39,355 bases of DNA from IMG/VR virus record IMGVR_UViG_3300030707_000002; one strand, given 5' to 3'. The position numbers and the translations under genes were made by a program. The DNA comes from an uncultured virus (IMG/VR IMGVR_UViG_3300030707_000002) (Duplodnaviria > Heunggongvirae > Uroviricota > Caudoviricetes). The notes beneath the pieces were generated by a model. It was not told where the DNA came from, made no database searches, and saw only the letters and a list, made by a program, of their open reading frames with translations. Position 1 is the first letter of the stretch. Each line of letters begins with the position of its first letter. This document shows positions 37,436 to 39,355 of the stretch, one piece after another.

Positions 37436-37822
37436 TCACGCTTCGGCCATCAGCCCGAGACGGATGGCTTCCTTGCGCACGTCGTCGGCCGCGAAACCGA
37501 TCCACGGCTCGAACGAGTGCGTGCAACCCTCAATCTTGCACTGCTCGTCGTGGCCGGTCTTGAGCCAGCAGAGTGGACACCGGTCGGTGCCGTCCTCGTT
37601 TGTCACGAGGAGGCTAAGCCCGGCGATGTCCAACGCTCGCGAGACGATGGCGTTGTGCGCCACCATCAGCGGGTCGAAAGTTGTCCGGGTCACCTGGCCG
37701 GACTGCAGCTCCTCAAATTGCTTGCCGGTGATTTCCTCGCCGGACTTCGACACGAGATCGAAGAGACCCCGCTGCCGGATAGCATCCCGCAGCGCATCCC
37801 AGTGCCGTGAGCAGAATTGCAT
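37436..37822 (-). CDS. Cys/His-containing phage hypothetical protein
   Basis: FCSRHW, FDPLM and CPLC motifs; consistent packing. Confidence 0.7.
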   Translation of the reverse strand: MQFCSRHWDALRDAIRQRGLFDLVSKSGEEITGKQFEELQSGQVTRTTFDPLMVAHNAIVSRALDIAGLSLLVTNEDGTDRCPLCWLKTGHDEQCKIEGCTHSFEPWIGFAADDVRKEAIRLGLMAEA

Positions 37823-37825
37823 GCC

Positions 37826-38194
37826 TCAGAAAACTCCTTCTTGCTTCGTACCGGCCACCCGCATCCCGCAGTCCATGCACACCTCCGCTCGCCACGACGT
37901 CGCCGTTGGCACCGGGTCGTCCGCGCGGCGCAGTTTCGCCGTCACGGTCTGCGGTTCGAGTTCGGGCAGGGGCGCGCCAAGCGCGAGGACGGGACCGAGC
38001 TCGGGGAACATCGGAGTCATCGACCCCATCGAGAGGTACGTGTGCTCGTGCTTGCAATTGCGCGCTGCCACGCACCGCTTGCACGAACACGCGCAGAGTC
38101 CCTCGGCGGACCGACACGCGTTGCCGTGGATCTCCACGATCCTTGGCGGATTGCCCTTCACCAGTCGGAAGCCGCCGCAGTGTGACGCTTTCAT
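37826..38194 (-). CDS. Cys-rich hypothetical protein
   Basis: ATGA-coupled; CACSCKRC, CKH and CMDC motifs. Confidence 0.6.
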   Translation of the reverse strand: MKASHCGGFRLVKGNPPRIVEIHGNACRSAEGLCACSCKRCVAARNCKHEHTYLSMGSMTPMFPELGPVLALGAPLPELEPQTVTAKLRRADDPVPTATSWRAEVCMDCGMRVAGTKQEGVF

Positions 38195-38364
38195 TCGGGT
38201 CTTCCAAGGATCTCGACGAGGTTCTGGCCGATGACGCTCTCGAGGATGCCGAGTCCAAGTCGGTTCGAGAACGGTTGCAGGCAGCTCGACCTCCAAGACC
38301 GAACGGCGTCGGCGACGGCCTCGAGCCTTCGCAACCAGTCCACCAGTTTGGCGAGATCACTCAC
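38191..38364 (-). CDS. Small hypothetical protein
   Basis: GTGA/ATGA overlaps at both ends (MSDLAKLVDWLRRL). Confidence 0.45.
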   Translation of the reverse strand: MSDLAKLVDWLRRLEAVADAVRSWRSSCLQPFSNRLGLGILESVIGQNLVEILGRPE

Positions 38365-38507
38365 GGCTTGTCTCGGTAAACGTAATGAATGGTCTGAATG
38401 GCCACGTACGCGGAGAACGCCGAGAGCGACCCGACGAGGGCGATCATGACGAGCCCGCTCCACGGCGGGCCGAGGGTCTGGTCCAGCCAGAGAACGAAGG
38501 GGCTCAC
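38361..38507 (-). CDS. Small single-TM protein
   Basis: GTGA overlaps; WSGLVMIALVGSLSAFSAYVAI. Confidence 0.5.
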   Translation of the reverse strand: MSPFVLWLDQTLGPPWSGLVMIALVGSLSAFSAYVAIQTIHYVYRDKP

Positions 38508-38719
38508 GCTATCTCCCGTACGCGAAATGCGAACGGAGCGTTCTCGCTCATTCCTGCAAGCGTTGCCAGGAGATGGTCGGCATCCGATCGGAGTGAGAAC
38601 GTGCTTGCCCGCTCGGGCGATATGGCGCTTAGGGTACCATCTTGGTTCCGCGGAGGCGGGGTGACCGCTGGCCTCCACTCTGGCCACGGACCGCTGACCT
38701 CAACGATGAACGCGCTCAC
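38504..38719 (-). CDS. Small hypothetical protein
   Basis: GTGA overlaps at both ends. Confidence 0.5.
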   Translation of the reverse strand: MSAFIVEVSGPWPEWRPAVTPPPRNQDGTLSAISPERASTFSLRSDADHLLATLAGMSENAPFAFRVREIA

Positions 38720-39117
38720 GGCTCGCTCGGTGGACAGTTTGCGGCCATCTCACGCTCGAACCGCACGCAGTCATCGCACGGTTCAGGCTCTGGGACGCAC
38801 ACGCATCCCTGTCTGCGACCGAGTGTAACGCCGCTCTCGCAGTAGACGGGGTGATCCAACTTCCGAAACTCGAACCCCTTGATGGCCAAGGTGATCCGCG
38901 TCGCGGGAGGACGAATCCCCATCCGCCAAAGTCGCAAGAACGCGCGGTGCCCCTTACGGCCCCCGTATCCGACTCGCGACAGGAGCCGCCTGACGACGAC
39001 CCGATCGTGATCGGCACGATCCGTCGTCCAGTCGCCCGGTTTGCCGGCGCGCATCCGCGCGAGCGTCCGCCGGTACACGCGCCCCTTCACGGAACCGTAA
39101 CGGTGCTTGGTTGTCAT
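38716..39117 (-). CDS. Basic, Cys-rich hypothetical protein
   Basis: ATGA-coupled MTTKHRYG start; CVC and CDDC motifs. Confidence 0.5.
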   Translation of the reverse strand: MTTKHRYGSVKGRVYRRTLARMRAGKPGDWTTDRADHDRVVVRRLLSRVGYGGRKGHRAFLRLWRMGIRPPATRITLAIKGFEFRKLDHPVYCESGVTLGRRQGCVCVPEPEPCDDCVRFEREMAANCPPSEP

Positions 39118-39353
39118 CGGGTACGCACCTCCTGGTGGCGCCCCCGATCCAAATGGCGTTCCTTTGGCCGGAGCGGACGCGTCCCGAGGAAGGTTTTCGC
39201 GCACTGGACGCAAATCCACCCGCCCTTGCTGAAGATGTGCCGGTCCTGTTCCCCTTCCGGCCCCTGCAGCGAGACTCGCACCCACACCGGCCGCCAGCCG
39301 GCGTGCATCAAATGCTCACAGTGCCCGTCGGCGGTCTCGCACTCCTCGACAGC
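39114..39353 (-). CDS. Cys-rich hypothetical protein, start probably at or beyond the window edge
   Basis: Frame is open to the end of the window (AVEECETADGHCEHLMHAGW...CVQC). Confidence 0.45.
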   Translation of the reverse strand, partial: AVEECETADGHCEHLMHAGWRPVWVRVSLQGPEGEQDRHIFSKGGWICVQCAKTFLGTRPLRPKERHLDRGRHQEVRTR

Positions 39354-39355
39354 CA

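Overview
GC-rich segment of a large tailed phage or prophage, inferred from dense overlapping gene packing, fibre genes, lysis enzymes and the absence of housekeeping genes; the host is probably Myxococcota (inference). In order: a partial collagen-like/Gly-rich fibre gene; an ~8 kb translationally coupled glycan synthesis/methylation operon (epimerase, two methyltransferases, a GT-MTase fusion and a ~1566 aa six-domain GT fusion); a surface/fibre protein; two cell-wall hydrolases and a stand-alone receiver domain; Cys-rich micro-proteins; a complete tmRNA on the minus strand (15658-16015, tag ANDNAHLIAA) that the ORF track misses; a second collagen-like fibre with a lower-GC accessory module; two CX5R phosphatases; three DUF6527-like genes; a DUF4160/DUF2442 TA-like operon; an 11-gene operon (25228-34624) of mostly acidic domains joined by Arg-rich segments that repeatedly contain a small/hydrophobic-x-E motif (often E-A-R-R) and end in a GHKL ATPase with a HExxH tail; then holin-like genes, higBA and small minus-strand genes. 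The best candidate new systems are (1) a capsid-cargo operon with built-in basic targeting/cleavage tags, matched by a conserved MS(F/Y)xIGRGRxAxE leader on fibre genes, and (2) phage-encoded glycosylation of Thr-rich collagen-like fibres. All family calls come from motif recognition by eye; no database searches were run.
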